A stretch of 64,000 nt of DNA from Octopus sinensis (Eukaryota), in the NCBI RefSeq assembly GCF_006345805.1, contig NC_043009.1, positions 48,856,001-48,920,000 on the forward strand, read 5' to 3'. The notes under the pieces were generated by a model. That model worked only from the letters and a program-made list of their open reading frames with translations. It was not told the origin of the DNA and ran no database searches. The translations under genes were made by a program, and so were the position numbers. Positions 12,040 through 24,552 of the stretch are shown piece after piece. Within the stretch, counting starts at the first letter, position 1, and each line of letters starts with the position of its first letter.

Positions 12040-12900
12040 TTTCTACGTAACTGCAGTATTGATATGGATCTCGAATCCCAATGCCAAACAATGCAACGTT
12101 TCCTCTTTAATCGAAAACATCATCAATCAGTTGTGAAACCGGCTCTGCACCAGGCTGAGGCGATCGACTGCCTCACTGTTCTCCTCCTGTCTTTATGCAC
12201 GTCTACAGACGGTATTTTAGACCCTCCCGCCTTCTGCTCGACCGACATTCCATTGAAAAATTAGCTCGTTAGCAACTTTCACGTACAACATTCTGTTCCT
12301 ACAACCGCTCCAATATTTTCTGCGCCACATCTTGTCGCTTTTAGAAAAAGATTAAAACTTCGGACATGTCGTTGTAAGAGCCTCCACAGCGCCCTTTTCC
12401 AGACAAACAGGCATTTTTAAATGCAATTGCCGATGAGACATTACATGGCTCTACAATAACAATACTACTACTATCTCTGGGCCTAAGATACAATATCATA
12501 TTAAACAAAATATATCATACACATTGTCTAACCTAATATATTGCATCCTATAGAACCTTTGTGTCTTGCTGTTTGTTCACTTTTAGGAACGTCTTAAAAG
12601 CTTACTACTATGTATACCAGTCCTATCCATTTCAACATAGACGCAACTCCACCACACTCTTATCAGTCTACGGCATCGCCGTACACCATGCATCCACTGT
12701 TTCTCCTACCTTTTCTTGCTCATGTATAAAGCTGACGTATAAAGCTCACCTGGTCCTGCATTCCTCCCCAGTTGCAGCTAGTTTTATTATTATTTTTATT
12801 ATTATTTAAAGGATACAGAACTCTGCTCTCTTTCTCACTTTTCGATTTTTTGCCTGAAGAAGGACACTGCTCGAAACGTTAGTTACAGGTTCACTGTACT
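12040..12900 (+). mobile_element. Decayed Penelope-like element 3' part (linker + GIY-YIG endonuclease + 3' region)
   Basis: Reads VAFRK..LR, GPKIQYHIKQNISYTLSNLIYCI, HFN and LSVYGIAVH with stops and frameshifts; followed by an HHR-like motif. Confidence 0.65.
12850..12886 (+). ncRNA. Degenerate minimal hammerhead-like motif at the PLE 3' end
   Basis: CTGAAGA (12854-12860)-aggacactgctc-GAAACGTT; stem II and stem I imperfect. Confidence 0.4.
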
Positions 12901-12948
12901 CTTTTAATCGATTTTACTACATAATGCATACACACCACACATTTAAAT

Positions 12949-13013
<65 letters not shown>

Positions 13014-14313
13014 TGCAGGCAATGGCATTCATATGTTGTATGAGGTTCGAGTCGTTGTTGCTGTATTTCTAGTTCTACGCATCTGCGCACCACTTTTAGC
13101 AAGTGTCTTTTACCACACCTACTAGACATTCCAACCTTTCTGATTAATATTGGATCATTAGAAATAAAGTGATATCTCGGTGATTGGAATTTGGTTGGCG
13201 CCATCCTTTGTCCATTCTATCACATGGCTCCTGTGTTCCTTTAGCAGAGTTCAACTCTGTTGTATGCATTTGCAGCAGTCCTTCAATCTGAAGAAGAGTC
13301 GATGGTTTATAATAGACTGCTATCTATAAACATCGTGTTTTCTTTCTCTCTTTCCTCACCAGTCTCAGAAACGCAGCAGAGAACATAGGCACCACATGTC
13401 ACCACATGTCACAGATACCAAAGCTCATGGGTGTCTAACGTCATAAGCATTACTCTTCTTCATCTAAATGGAAATATGTAGCTAAAAAGTGAAGCAGTTA
13501 TAAATTGAAGACCGTAGGTGACCGTTTGGCAGGCTGACCTGCTTGTCTGCCTAGCTATCTGGATGGTTGTACACAGTACATACCATGCAGATGACTGAAT
13601 TTCTGATTGTATAACTATAAGTTTTAGTTTCTGGCTACATTTTAAAGGTAGGTGAAACACATGTCTTACAAACAACTTGCACATGCAAGTACTACCAGTC
13701 AAAATCAACGCATACAGGAAGCCGGCAAATGTATGGGGTCATCAGGAGAGAATGCGTGCTGTTTCGGGGCCTATCTCTCGACGGCATCAAGGCGCACCGG
13801 GCCACATCACTGATATGAGGCCCGCTTGCAAGATCAACTGGTTATCAAATAAAGCTCAATATTCTTCTAGCCATCGCTCATCGTCTCTTTTTAACCAAAT
13901 CCAGTGGCTAGCCTTCTCCACTGTAGTTTGGATATCGGTCATGGTGGTATTGACTTTATAAACTTTATTATGAAAAGAAAATGTTATACTCTCCAATTCC
14001 TTAACATAATTGTGCAGTGAAATCATATCATCACTAGAAACCTTGCGCACGACACAAACGGGTCTCAACTCAACCGGAACAGTAAACTCAGATATGCAAA
14101 TTAACGAAACAGTTTATCATAGAGTGTTTATTATAGAATGCATAGAGTATTAACAGAAATGGTCTATAAATAACTATAAGCGTCACATAGACGCGTATAG
14201 TTAGGTAATAGAACCCTTGTATCGATCTTTTGGTTGATATCCTTACACCCTTAGGCTAGCAGCAGATTATGCGAGAGAACAGTATGATAGGACTTTAGAG
14301 TGAAATATATGCA

Positions 14314-14547
14314 GGCGGCGAGCTGGCAGACTCGTTAGTACGCCGGGCGAAATGCTTAGCGGTATTTTGTCTGCCGCTACGTTCTAAGTTCAAATTCCGC
14401 CGAGGTCGACTTTGCCTTTCATCATTTCGGGGTCGATAAATAAAGTACCAATTTCGCACTGAAGTCGATGTAACAGACTTAATCCGTTTGTCTGTCCTTG
14501 TTTGTCCCCTCTATGTTTAGCCCCTTGTGGGCAATAAAGAAATATAT
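14314..14547 (+). mobile_element. SINE family B, full length
   Basis: ggcggcgagctggcag...gttcaaattccgccgaggtcgactttgcc...gggcaataaagaaat; flanked by agtgaaatatat repeats (14299, 14548). Confidence 0.92.
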
Positions 14548-14561
14548 AGTGAAATATATAT

Positions 14562-14990
14562 AGGCGCAGGAGTGGCTGTGTAGTAAGTAGCTTGCTAACC
14601 AACCACATGGCTCCACGTTCAATCCCACTGCGTGGCATCTTGGGCAAGTGTCTTCTGCTATAGCCCCAGGCCGACCAATGCCTTGTGAATGGATTTGGTA
14701 GACGGAAACTGAAAGAAGCCTGTCGTATATATGTATAATATATATATATATATATATAAGTGTGTGTGTATATGTTTGTGTGTCTGTGTTTGTCCCCCTA
14801 GCATTGCTTGACAACCGATGCTGGTGTGTTTACGTCCCCGTCACTTAGCGGTTCGGGAAAAGAGACCGATAGAATAAGTACTGGGTTTACAAAAGAATAA
14901 GTCCCGGGGTCGATTTGCTCGACTAAAGGCGGTGCTCCAGCATGGCCGCAGTCAAATGACTGAAACAAGTAAAAGAGTAAAGAGAGAGTA
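14562..14990 (+). mobile_element. SINE family A, full length
   Basis: Same head and tail as the 6670 copy. Confidence 0.92.
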
Positions 14991-15710
14991 TATGCAGTTA
15001 ACACATTGGATAGCAAATGGAAAAATATAAATTTACCTCAGTAAGTACCCTTTTCGTACTAACCGGTACGAGACTATCCTTGGTTTTTTTACACTTCATA
15101 TTTTGCAGTGTTCTTAATCAAAACCTTCAATCAACATTTAACATGAATCTATGTTCCAAGCATCAGCTTATTAATGACTATGTTATTGTAATAAATTCTT
15201 CATTTATTGTCAAAATTAATCATAATAAAGTCAATGTATTTCAACATAAATTTGGTAACAAACGTGTTAATTTACGAATTAGAGTCACATGTAATAACAA
15301 GAAGAAAAACAAACGGCTATCGAAGGCGTCTGCTGATATTTGTTAAAGAGATATCAAGTAACTGTTTGTATATTTGAAATGAGCCATTAATCACTATATT
15401 AATATCGTCATAATTGTTAATTATCTCTTTAGAAATTATCTGTATAATGATTGCTGCAATGCATTTCAATTGGTTTTGTGTCCCGTTGTCATCGGGTGAC
15501 GTAAATCACGAGATACACTTAATCAGAGGAAATATTGTTTTCGGTTATCGTATTAGTTGAAACACACTTAGTCGCAAAGTCGATTATCATCGAAGCTCCA
15601 CACTAGATTATATGGAAGAAACTTTATTTTAAATTCAGAATACTAAGGTCCTCAAAAACTTACTCATTAATATTATTAATGAATAAAATAATTAACAATT
15701 TTTAACATTA

Positions 15711-16183
15711 GGCGTAGGAGTGGCTGTGTGGTAAGTAGGTTACTTACGAACCAAATGGTTCCGGGTTCAGTCCCACTACGTGGCACCTAGGGCAAGTGTC
15801 TTCTACTATAGCCTCGGGCCGACCAAAGCCTTATCAGTGCATTTGGTAGACAGAAACTGAACGAAGCCCGTCATATATGTGTATATATATATATATTATA
15901 TAATATATTATATATATATATATTATATATATATATATGTATATATTATATATATATATATATGTATGTATGTATGTGTATATGTTTGTGTATCTGTGTT
16001 TCTCCCTCCAACATCGCTTGTCAACCGATGCTGGTGTGTTTACGTCCCCGTTCGGCAAAAGAGTCCAATAGAATAAGTACTAGGCTTACAAGCAATAAGT
16101 CCTGGGGTCGATTTGCTCGACTAAAAGGCGGTGCTCAAGCATGGCCACAGTCACATGACTGAAACAAGTTAAAGAGTTAAAGA
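15711..16183 (+). mobile_element. SINE family A, full length
   Basis: Same head and tail; expanded internal TA tract. Confidence 0.9.
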
Positions 16184-16368
16184 TTTAGAATTATTATTAA
16201 TTCACAAGTGCGGTAAATTGGCGGAATTGGCCGGACAAAATTCTTGGCGACATTTCTTCCGGCTTACGCCCTGAGGTTTAATTTTATCTTTCACTTTTTC
16301 GGAAGTCGGTAAAATAAATACGAATTGGCTATCATTCATCTCAAAATTGCTGGCCTTGTGTATTAATT

Positions 16369-16677
16369 TTTTTTCGCCCTTTTTCAAACATAGCCAGGCT
16401 CATGGGTCCGGTTTCCCGGTTTCTGTGGCGTATGTGCTCCCCCCAGCTGGACGGAATGCCAGTCCATCGAAGCCTTACTCAAGAAACAGGAAGAGAGAGT
16501 GAGAGAAAGTTGGGGCGAAAGAGTACAACAAGGAGTCGCTACCACCCACTGCCGGAGCTTCGTGGATCTTTAGGTGTTTTCGCTCAATAAACACTCACAA
16601 CGCCCGGTCTGGGAATCGAAACCACGATCCTGCAACCGCGTGTCCACTGCCCTAACCACTGGAACATTGCGCCTCCA
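16369..16677 (-). mobile_element. SINE family C, full length
   Basis: Homologous to 9041-9360; 14-bp TSD cttgtg(t/c)attaatt at 16355-16368 and 16678-16691. Confidence 0.92.
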
Positions 16678-17139
16678 CTTGTGCATTAATTGGTAAATAT
16701 TAATTAACGTTACTCATTAGACTCTAGTTGATGGACAGATCAAGGAATGAAGACTCGCTGTCTGAATTCCAATCAGGAACGTTATCATCGCATGTCTTGA
16801 TGACACCTGATGTTGGTCAACGATCACACCGATCGAAAGGTAATATACAATACAAAGAGCGTAGACAAAGTTTATGAAGATGCGTCGTAATTGTTCGGGA
16901 AAATATAAATTTAAAACAGCGACGTTTGTAATTTAATGTAAATAGATAATATTTTATGGGAGAAGAAATGGAGTGAGCTAATGGAGGGATGGAGAGGAGC
17001 ATAGCAGACATAGACCATGGATAAATTGGAAAATTTTAGTGTATCCGGCCTGAGAACATTGGAAATTATTAGATGAAGCGATGCATAATTGAGACGCTTG
17101 GAATGGTACTTGATTATAGAACCATCAGGTGAATGGTAA

Positions 17140-17179
17140 CGATTAAATCGGTTATTATTACAACTATCACCTTCGTCAC

Positions 17180-17220
<41 letters not shown>

Positions 17221-17290
17221 CCACCCCACCACAACCACCACCACCAACAACAACACTATCATCATTATCATCATCATCATCATCCTCATC

Positions 17291-17328
<38 letters not shown>

Positions 17329-17472
17329 CACCATTATTCTTATCAGTATTGTTACTATTATTGTTCAATAATAAAATGCCATAATAACTGCCACCATTGC
17401 TGGCGACGATGATGACGATGAAGAAACTGATATTTTAAAAAATAATGTTGATGCTACTACTACTGCTGCTGC

Positions 17473-17537
<65 letters not shown>

Positions 17538-17560
17538 TAATAATAACAACAACAACAACA
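17140..17560. repeat. Compound trinucleotide array (CAT/CAC/TAG/TAA/CAA)
   Basis: Directly visible successive triplet runs. Confidence 0.95.
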
Positions 17561-17765
17561 TTAATCGTTTATTTTCTCGATTATAGGATCTTATGTCGGA
17601 GTTTCTGCATTTTAAGAGCGAATTATATCAGTAATCTTGGGGTTCCCTAATGCCTTTTTATGCTAATTTAATTTGGCGTGAGTGATTGACTGTAGCTAAA
17701 TCTTTAAAATGCACATCTTAGATATAAATATCAATATATATGTATAAATGTATATATTATATATA

Positions 17766-17807
<42 letters not shown>

Positions 17808-17900
17808 TATATATATTATATTGATATAATGTATACATGTTTGTATGTATGTATGTCTATATATTTATGTATATGTATGTATGTATGTATATATATATAT

Positions 17901-17966
<66 letters not shown>

Positions 17967-18611
17967 ATGTATGTATGTATGTATAAATTCTTAATTGTCA
18001 GTAATGGTGCTCAGAATTGACAGTGAGAAAAATAACTCAAACCAACGTAGACAGGCAGTAGCAAGTAATATGAAGTGATTACTTGATGGCGAAGTCGTAA
18101 AAGAGCGGGGCATGTAAGACAGGGCCATAAACACTTTAGATAACATAAAGAAAACCCAGGAGCGGTAAAACATAACGAAATATTGAAATATTTAGAAAGG
18201 TATGTGCTTCAACGAACCGTTGTTGCTGCTGCTATTGTTGTTGTCTGGATCCTAGTTTTCCCTGATCGAGAAGTCGTTCCAGTGGCTTTCATTCCGTGCT
18301 TTTGTTTGTCTAGCAACTAGGTACATTATGATGTACTTTAAAAGTATTTGGAAACTGCTGCGCTGATGAGGGATTTTAGAAAAGCATCTGTTTATAGTAT
18401 TCGAGACTAGCGCTGCAACGTCTGGAAGTTGAAATAAATATTTTATTCTAGGCGAAATTTCTTGCGGTTTACGCTCTGGGGTTGACTTTGTCTTTCACCC
18501 TTTCGGAAGTCGGTAAAATAAATACGAATTGGCTATCACTCATCTCAAAATTGCTGGCCTTGTGCATTAATTGGTAACTATTAATTAATGTTTCTTATTC
18601 TTCAAAACGTT

Positions 18612-18863
18612 TTTGACCCTAAATGCAGATTCTGCAAAGCATTTGACGAAACAGTAGACCATCTCATTTCAAGATGTCCTCTTCTGACACCAAATGAATA
18701 CAAAAATCACCACAATAGGGTAGGACAATATTTACATTGGAAAATATGTAAACACTACAAAATCGGTATTCTTGCTTACTGGTATGAAGGTAAAAACGTC
18801 ACTATACTCAGGGATTTTCCAGTCAACAGTGACAGAACAATCGAGGCTAACCGACCAGAAGTG
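18612..18863 (+). mobile_element. R4/Dong-type non-LTR retrotransposon fragment (CCHC knuckle + start of the restriction-like endonuclease)
   Basis: CRFCKAFDETVDHLISRC...HNRVGQYLHWKICKHY...WYE...VTILRDFPVNSDRTIEANRPE matches the C-terminal signature of RLE elements. Confidence 0.85.
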
Positions 18864-19629
18864 AATGGAATTTTTGTTACAGGTTGCTGGACATGCGAGA
18901 AACAGCAACCTAAAATTCCCTAAAATTAAAAATAACTGCATTAATAAATTAACAAAGCACGCTGGTAGAATTAAGGTCGCACGCTGGTAGAATCGTTAGC
19001 ACGCGGAGAAAAATGTTTAACGGTATTTCATCCGTCTTCGTGTTCAAAGTTCAAATTCCACCGAGGTCGACTATTCCTAAACGGCAGTGCATCAGCATGG
19101 CCACAGCTCAGAGCTGAAACTAGAGAGAGAAAAAAAAACATTTTAGAATGTGGTTTTGGGTATAGAAAACAAGCAGCATGGCAACAGTTGGAATGTATAT
19201 GATAGCATGAGTCTCTTCGAGCAGGAGAGCCCGAGGCCAAATAGCAGTAGAGATCTGATTAATCATATTTCGGTTCTGGTAAACGGAATTGTAGAATAGA
19301 ATGGTAGTGGAACAATGAAGAATTATTTTAGATTGGAAAAGCTTATATGAGATATATTACATCACCAACATTACATATGGAATATTACATCACAAAGATG
19401 ATATTAATAGGTATCATATTTCTTATAAAGTGTAGACAGAGGAGTGAAGAAAAAAAGTTTAGTGGGGCATAAATTAAAAGTTGTTTAACGATTCGAAAAG
19501 TATTAAAAAAGAAGTAGAATATTCCATAGTATATGATATGTAGAAACTTCTACACGCATTAGTCCAATGTAGATGTATTGCTGTGTTGTTCTGTTACTAT
19601 TTTACGTTAAATGGCGTAGTGGCATGCGC

Positions 19630-19990
19630 GATTCCAGGAAGACAAACGAATGAGTATTGAGAACCCCCATTCGGTCATGACTGACCGTGGGATTGCACCT
19701 AGAAAGTTATCCTCCCAGGTACAAGTCCGGGCAAGGTTGTTTATGGAAGATCAGCAGTCGACCATGCTTACCGGCCTCCCCACTCCACGCTACCAGTGTT
19801 ATCCAAGGGAAAGGCAAAGGGGCCGATACAGCTTGGCACCTGTGACTTCGTAACTCATTTCTATAGCTCAGTGAACTGAAGTAACGTGAAATAAAGTGTC
19901 TTACTCAAAAACACAACAGGCAGCCTGGTCCGAGATTCGAACTCACAACCTCAAGATCGTAAGCTTGACGCTCTAACCACTGAGCCACCC
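19630..19990 (-). mobile_element. tRNA-derived SINE, family D, with a central domain and a LINE-like tail
   Basis: Minus strand gtggctcagtggttagagcg...gagttcgaatc (A/B boxes), then gagtaagacactttatttcacgtt...; no coding capacity. Confidence 0.75.
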
Positions 19991-20957
19991 ACTGAGCCAC
20001 ACCCCTTCACAACGAATGAATACTGGGCATGAAAATATACCAACGGAAAAAATAGGCCAGGAATGACAGGAAAGGTTCTAATTCAAGTACCGCTTAAAAA
20101 TCTGGAAAAAGAATCTGGAACAAGTAGGTCTCCCTAGCGGTAAACAACTGCAGGTTATGGTGAGGATATAAGGCCTATGTACTCCAGTTACAGTACGACC
20201 AGCCCCCTGAAAGCTATCAGCACAGAAACACATAGAAGGTCCACATTTGTCAACGCCATAGCAACAGTAACAACAACAGCAGCAATTACAACAGTAGCAT
20301 AAATATAAGAAACAGCAACAAAAGCAGCAGCATCAGCAGCGTTTACATTAGTAGCACCGTTAGCAACAACAACAGCAGCAGCCCCGATAACAGCAAAATT
20401 AATCCCTAATTAGCAACAAATAACAAGGACAACGATAACAGCGAAGACAATATCATCTCAAATTTCGTTTGATTACAAATGCAGTTCGCCGATCAACTGG
20501 TCCATCTTCTGCTAACAGCCTCTGCTTAGGGTGCATGCTATGTCGTGGCTGATGACTATGAACTGATGCAGTGACATCAGCTGTGACTTCTGAACAGTAA
20601 GCGGTATGCTCTCCCTTTCTCATATAGTTGCCTATTGCATGTCTTTTTGGCGGAAATGCAATACTGTGTCAATAGGAGAACGAGAGTGAGTGCCTAACAT
20701 ATAGTACATTATCAGATTTGTACTAGTAAGTTTTATAGTTAGGGTCCAGTTCGACTGTCTATATTGGTGGTTCCCAAAATGGGCGATACCGTCTCTCTGG
20801 GTGCAGTGGATAGATCCAGGGAGGCGTTGATGAAAAATGGAGGTGAAAATATGGTAGCCAAAAGTGGGCGAAGGATGTGAAAACAACAAAATAATGGGTT
20901 AATGAGGTTGTGAAATACAGTTCTCTTGAATTTGCTGCTAAAAGTGGTTTACGTTTA

Positions 20958-21193
20958 CTATTTCTTTACTGCCCACAAAGGACTACACACAGAGGGGACA
21001 AACAAGGACAGACAAATGGATTAAGTCGATTATATCGACCCCAGTGAGTAACTGGTACTTATTTAATCGACACCGAAAGGATGAAAGGCAAAGTCGACCT
21101 CGGCGGAATTTGAACTCAGAACGTAGCGGCAGACGAAATACGACTACGCAATTCGCCCGGTGTGCTAACGTTTCTGCCAGCTCGCCGCCTTCT
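20958..21193 (-). mobile_element. SINE family B, full length
   Basis: Reverse complement of the 14314 copy; 16-bp TSD aagtggtttac(g/a)ttta at 20942-20957 and 21194-21209. Confidence 0.92.
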
Positions 21194-21223
21194 AAGTGGT
21201 TTACATTTATGATGGTGAGTGGG

Positions 21224-21483
21224 ATGAGTGTAACGCTAAGGGGCGACAACCTGAAAATGTTTAGGACCCACAAATCTGTCTGAACAATGTTCATCCGCGA
21301 GTGTGACGCAAGAAGGCGGCAACCTGAAAATGCTTGGGACCCGACGATAGAAGGCAGCAAGCTGAAAGTGTTTGGGATCCATAGATCTATAAGAGCAAAG
21401 TTCATCCGTAAATGTGACGCTAGAGGGCAGCAACCTGACAAAATTTGTGAACAACAGATCTATTTAAACAAAATTCATCCGTG
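21224..21483. repeat. Diverged ~72-bp minisatellite (3-4 units)
   Basis: Recurring tg(t/a)acgc..ga(a/g)ggc.gcaacctga and ttcatccg motifs. Confidence 0.75.
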
Positions 21484-22169
21484 AGCACATCTAGTAACTC
21501 CTTCTCCGACATGGCATAACCAACACTTCTTTGGACAGTGCAACTTTCTGCTATTTAAGAAAGCAGAGTTCGATCTGAAGGAGAATGTGCAACTGTGTCA
21601 CGCTGTACTGAGAAGCTTCCTACTCAACACGTTAGCACACGTGTTTAGCTGTAATTCATCTCCGATCAAATAGCTATACGATCCAAGGTTTTCTGAGTGT
21701 AAAAGAGAGAATACATCCGAGCTGTGACCCTTCCCGCTTTCGTATCCAGGCATAAGGTACTCAGTAACACTTTATCTCGTGTGATTCCTTCTTACTTTAA
21801 AACACTAGAACATAATTTGTGAGAGATTTGGTTTCTATTTCCAGCAGGCCGAACGGCCGCTTTGAGACTCTCTGAATGGTTAAATTTGATTACATATATA
21901 CGTAATCAAATTTGGAACAATGTGAAATGGTAGTTTATAGATTCTAACTTGAAAATGGAAGATTCTATCTGCTATTTCTTGGCAAATATTTCTTATTTTA
22001 GAGAATTTATCAAGATGGAGAAAGTGTGGATTCGACAAAAATTCTTCTGGTAAGCAACAGCTAGCAACAAATTGCTTTATCTATTGTACCAAGAGATTAC
22101 CATTCTTTTGTGCATATTCCTGTTAAATCTTCTGACAGAATGACGTATCAATACGGGAGAGGAGGGGGT

Positions 22170-22915
22170 CTAGGATGAGGAGGGGGACGGGGAGAATGAG
22201 AATAAGGAGAAGACAGAAGTGGAGAAAGAGGGGGAAGCGAAATAGGAGGTGGGAGAGGTCATGACGGTGGCGGTAATGGTAGTGGAAGTGGATGTGTTGA
22301 TGTGGTGATGGTGGTGGTGGTAATTGGAGAACGAGTTACTGAAGAAGTGTAAAAAGAAGACGAAGAAGACGAGGAGGAGAAGGACAAGGAGGAGAAGTAG
22401 TGGGAGGCGGAAGAAGAAATTCTGCTGCTGCTGCTGCTGATGATGATGATGAGGATGATGAAAGAGAAGAAAGAGGAGGAAGTGGAAACGGAGAAGGACG
22501 AAGCGGAGGTGGAGGAAGCGGAGGAGGAGGAAGCAGAGGAGGAGAAGGAAACGGAGGAGGAGAAGGCAGGAGGAGCAGGAGGAGCAGGAGGAGGAAGCAG
22601 CAGCATCAGCAGCAGAAGCAAGAAGAAAAGAAGTAAAGATAAGAAGAAGAAAGAAGAAGAAGAAGAAAAGGAGAAGAGAAGAAGAGGAAGAAGAATAAGA
22701 GGAAGAAGAAGAAGAAGAGAAAGAAGAAGAAGAAAGAAGACAAGAAGAAGAAGAAGAAGAAAGAAGAAGAAGAAGAAGAAAAGAAGATAGAAGAAGACGA
22801 GAAGAGAAGAAGAAGAAGAAGAAGAAGAAAATCTGGTGTTGGTGGTTGTTAGTGTTGATCATGGCGGATATGGTGACGATAATGATGATGGCTGTAATGG
22901 TGGTGCTCACGATGG
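22170..22915. repeat. Purine-rich trinucleotide patchwork (GGA/GAA/GAT/GGT)
   Basis: Directly visible; the long ORFs here are poly-E/K/R/S/L translations. Confidence 0.92.
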
Positions 22916-23228
22916 TGCAAGAGAAAATAATTGAGTTTCACATTAAATCAAAATTGAATTCTATTGCTGCAAATTTGATTTTCTCTAACGAAAAATACTA
23001 TTTTCCGTTTGTTTTCGCTTCCACTCAAAAATTGATAATGAATTCACAAGAATTAAATAACTGTTAAACGAAAATACGCACACACACACAAACACACAAA
23101 CACACATCTACATCTCCGCACGTGCACACAAACACACATACACATGTATATCTATACATACATACATACACTTACATGTATATATACGTACACACATATA
23201 TATGTATATATATCTATATATATATATG

Positions 23229-23259
<31 letters not shown>

Positions 23260-23603
23260 GTATACATATATATATATACATATACATATATATATATGCT
23301 GATGTATGCATGTATGTATATGTATGAAGCTAAACAAATTTAAAACCAAATGAAAAATCATCAAAATTGCAAAATAATCAGGCAAAAGAGAGATTTATGG
23401 CTGCTTTGAATGCGAAATGACAGCATTATTTTGCTCTTGTTTGTCTTCCTGATTTTGCTTTGGGATTTTTATTAGGAGGCGGGGCTACGTGAGGGGTTTC
23501 TATTTTGGTGCTTAGAAGTAAAGTTACACCAGCGAGTTTGCATTCTCAGATTAAATCTCCCAAATTTTCACTCCCTTAAAATATGTATGTATGTATGTGT
23601 GTA

Positions 23604-23653
<50 letters not shown>

Positions 23654-23749
23654 TATATGTGTGTGTGTGTGTGTGTGGTGTGTGTGTGTGTGTGTATGTA
23701 TGTGTGTATATGTATGTATGTATGTATGTATGTGTGTGTGTGTGTGTAG

Positions 23750-23935
23750 TGAAATTTACAGAAAAACAAAAGACGAAGACAGGTGTATAAACAACACACA
23801 GGTGTATTAGCTTGACGCTCGGGAAGGTGAGAAAGTCTTTTACGTTTCGAGCCTACGCTCCTCATCAGAAACGAACACGAAGAAATAAACGGAGAGAGAA
23901 TTAAAAAGAAGACTTTTGGAGCTAGCGGTCATACA
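23750..23935 (-). mobile_element. Short PLE-terminal-like repeat carrying a hammerhead (copy 1)
   Basis: ~185 bp homologous to 42783-42965 (gaaattta.agaaaaacaaaagacgaaga...gacgctcgggaa...gagcctacgctc). Confidence 0.7.
23836..23872 (-). ncRNA. Minimal type I hammerhead ribozyme with one extra nucleotide after A9
   Basis: Minus strand: TTT-CTGATGA-g-GAGC(gtag)GCTC-GAAA-CG-TA^-AAAG; palindromic ACGT stem III; GUA cleavage triplet; stem I only 3 bp in this copy. Confidence 0.7.
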
Positions 23936-24552
23936 TATATAGTAAAGTAGTGTATTTTCCAAACAGGGGCGAATCAAAGCTTTCTGAGTGGATTTCGGTA
24001 AGCAAGTAAATGACATGGAAAAACACCAAACGTCAATTGGTCTTACTCAGTAAATATTTTGACGCTTAGTGAAAGTTTCAGATAACAGAATAGGAGTGGA
24101 AATGACGTTTCGAGTATTGTTCTTCTTGGGAAAGACGAAAAATCCAAAGAGGAAGGAGAAATAGTCCGAGGAATAGCATGTGTGTGTGTACGTTTGTGCG
24201 TGTGTGTGTGTGTGTGTGTGTGTATGTTTGTGCGTGCGTTTGTGCGTGTGTGTGTGTGTTTGTGCGCGCGGGTGTCTATGTGTGTATCTGCTCGTGTATG
24301 TCCACCACTACTGCTGAACAACTACTGTGAATGTTCCGCGTGTTATTCTTAAGAAGTCTTTAAAATATTTCTTTTGAATTTCTACATAATGGTAGCAAGC
24401 TCTGAGGGAAACGAGGAAGACGATTACTTCTTACTCGGTGCACCGCTGAAACATAAAAGGCAGCATCGATCTTGGCGGCATTTGAATTCAAAGAGTAAAA
24501 AGCCAGCAGAAATACTGCCAACGATTTTGTCTAGCACGCTAACATGACCTAC

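Noticed and set aside
13250-14090. Complex region with ORFs 13460-14068, possibly an old retroelement
   Set aside because: No motif I could assign in any frame.
18358-18400. CTGATGA...GAAA motif
   Set aside because: Stem II and stem I cannot pair; expected by chance in AT-rich DNA.
22170-22910. 246-aa and 116-aa ORFs (poly-S/L/F, poly-E/K/R)
   Set aside because: Pure trinucleotide low complexity with no domain or splice context; same for 44480-45160 and 16911-17384.
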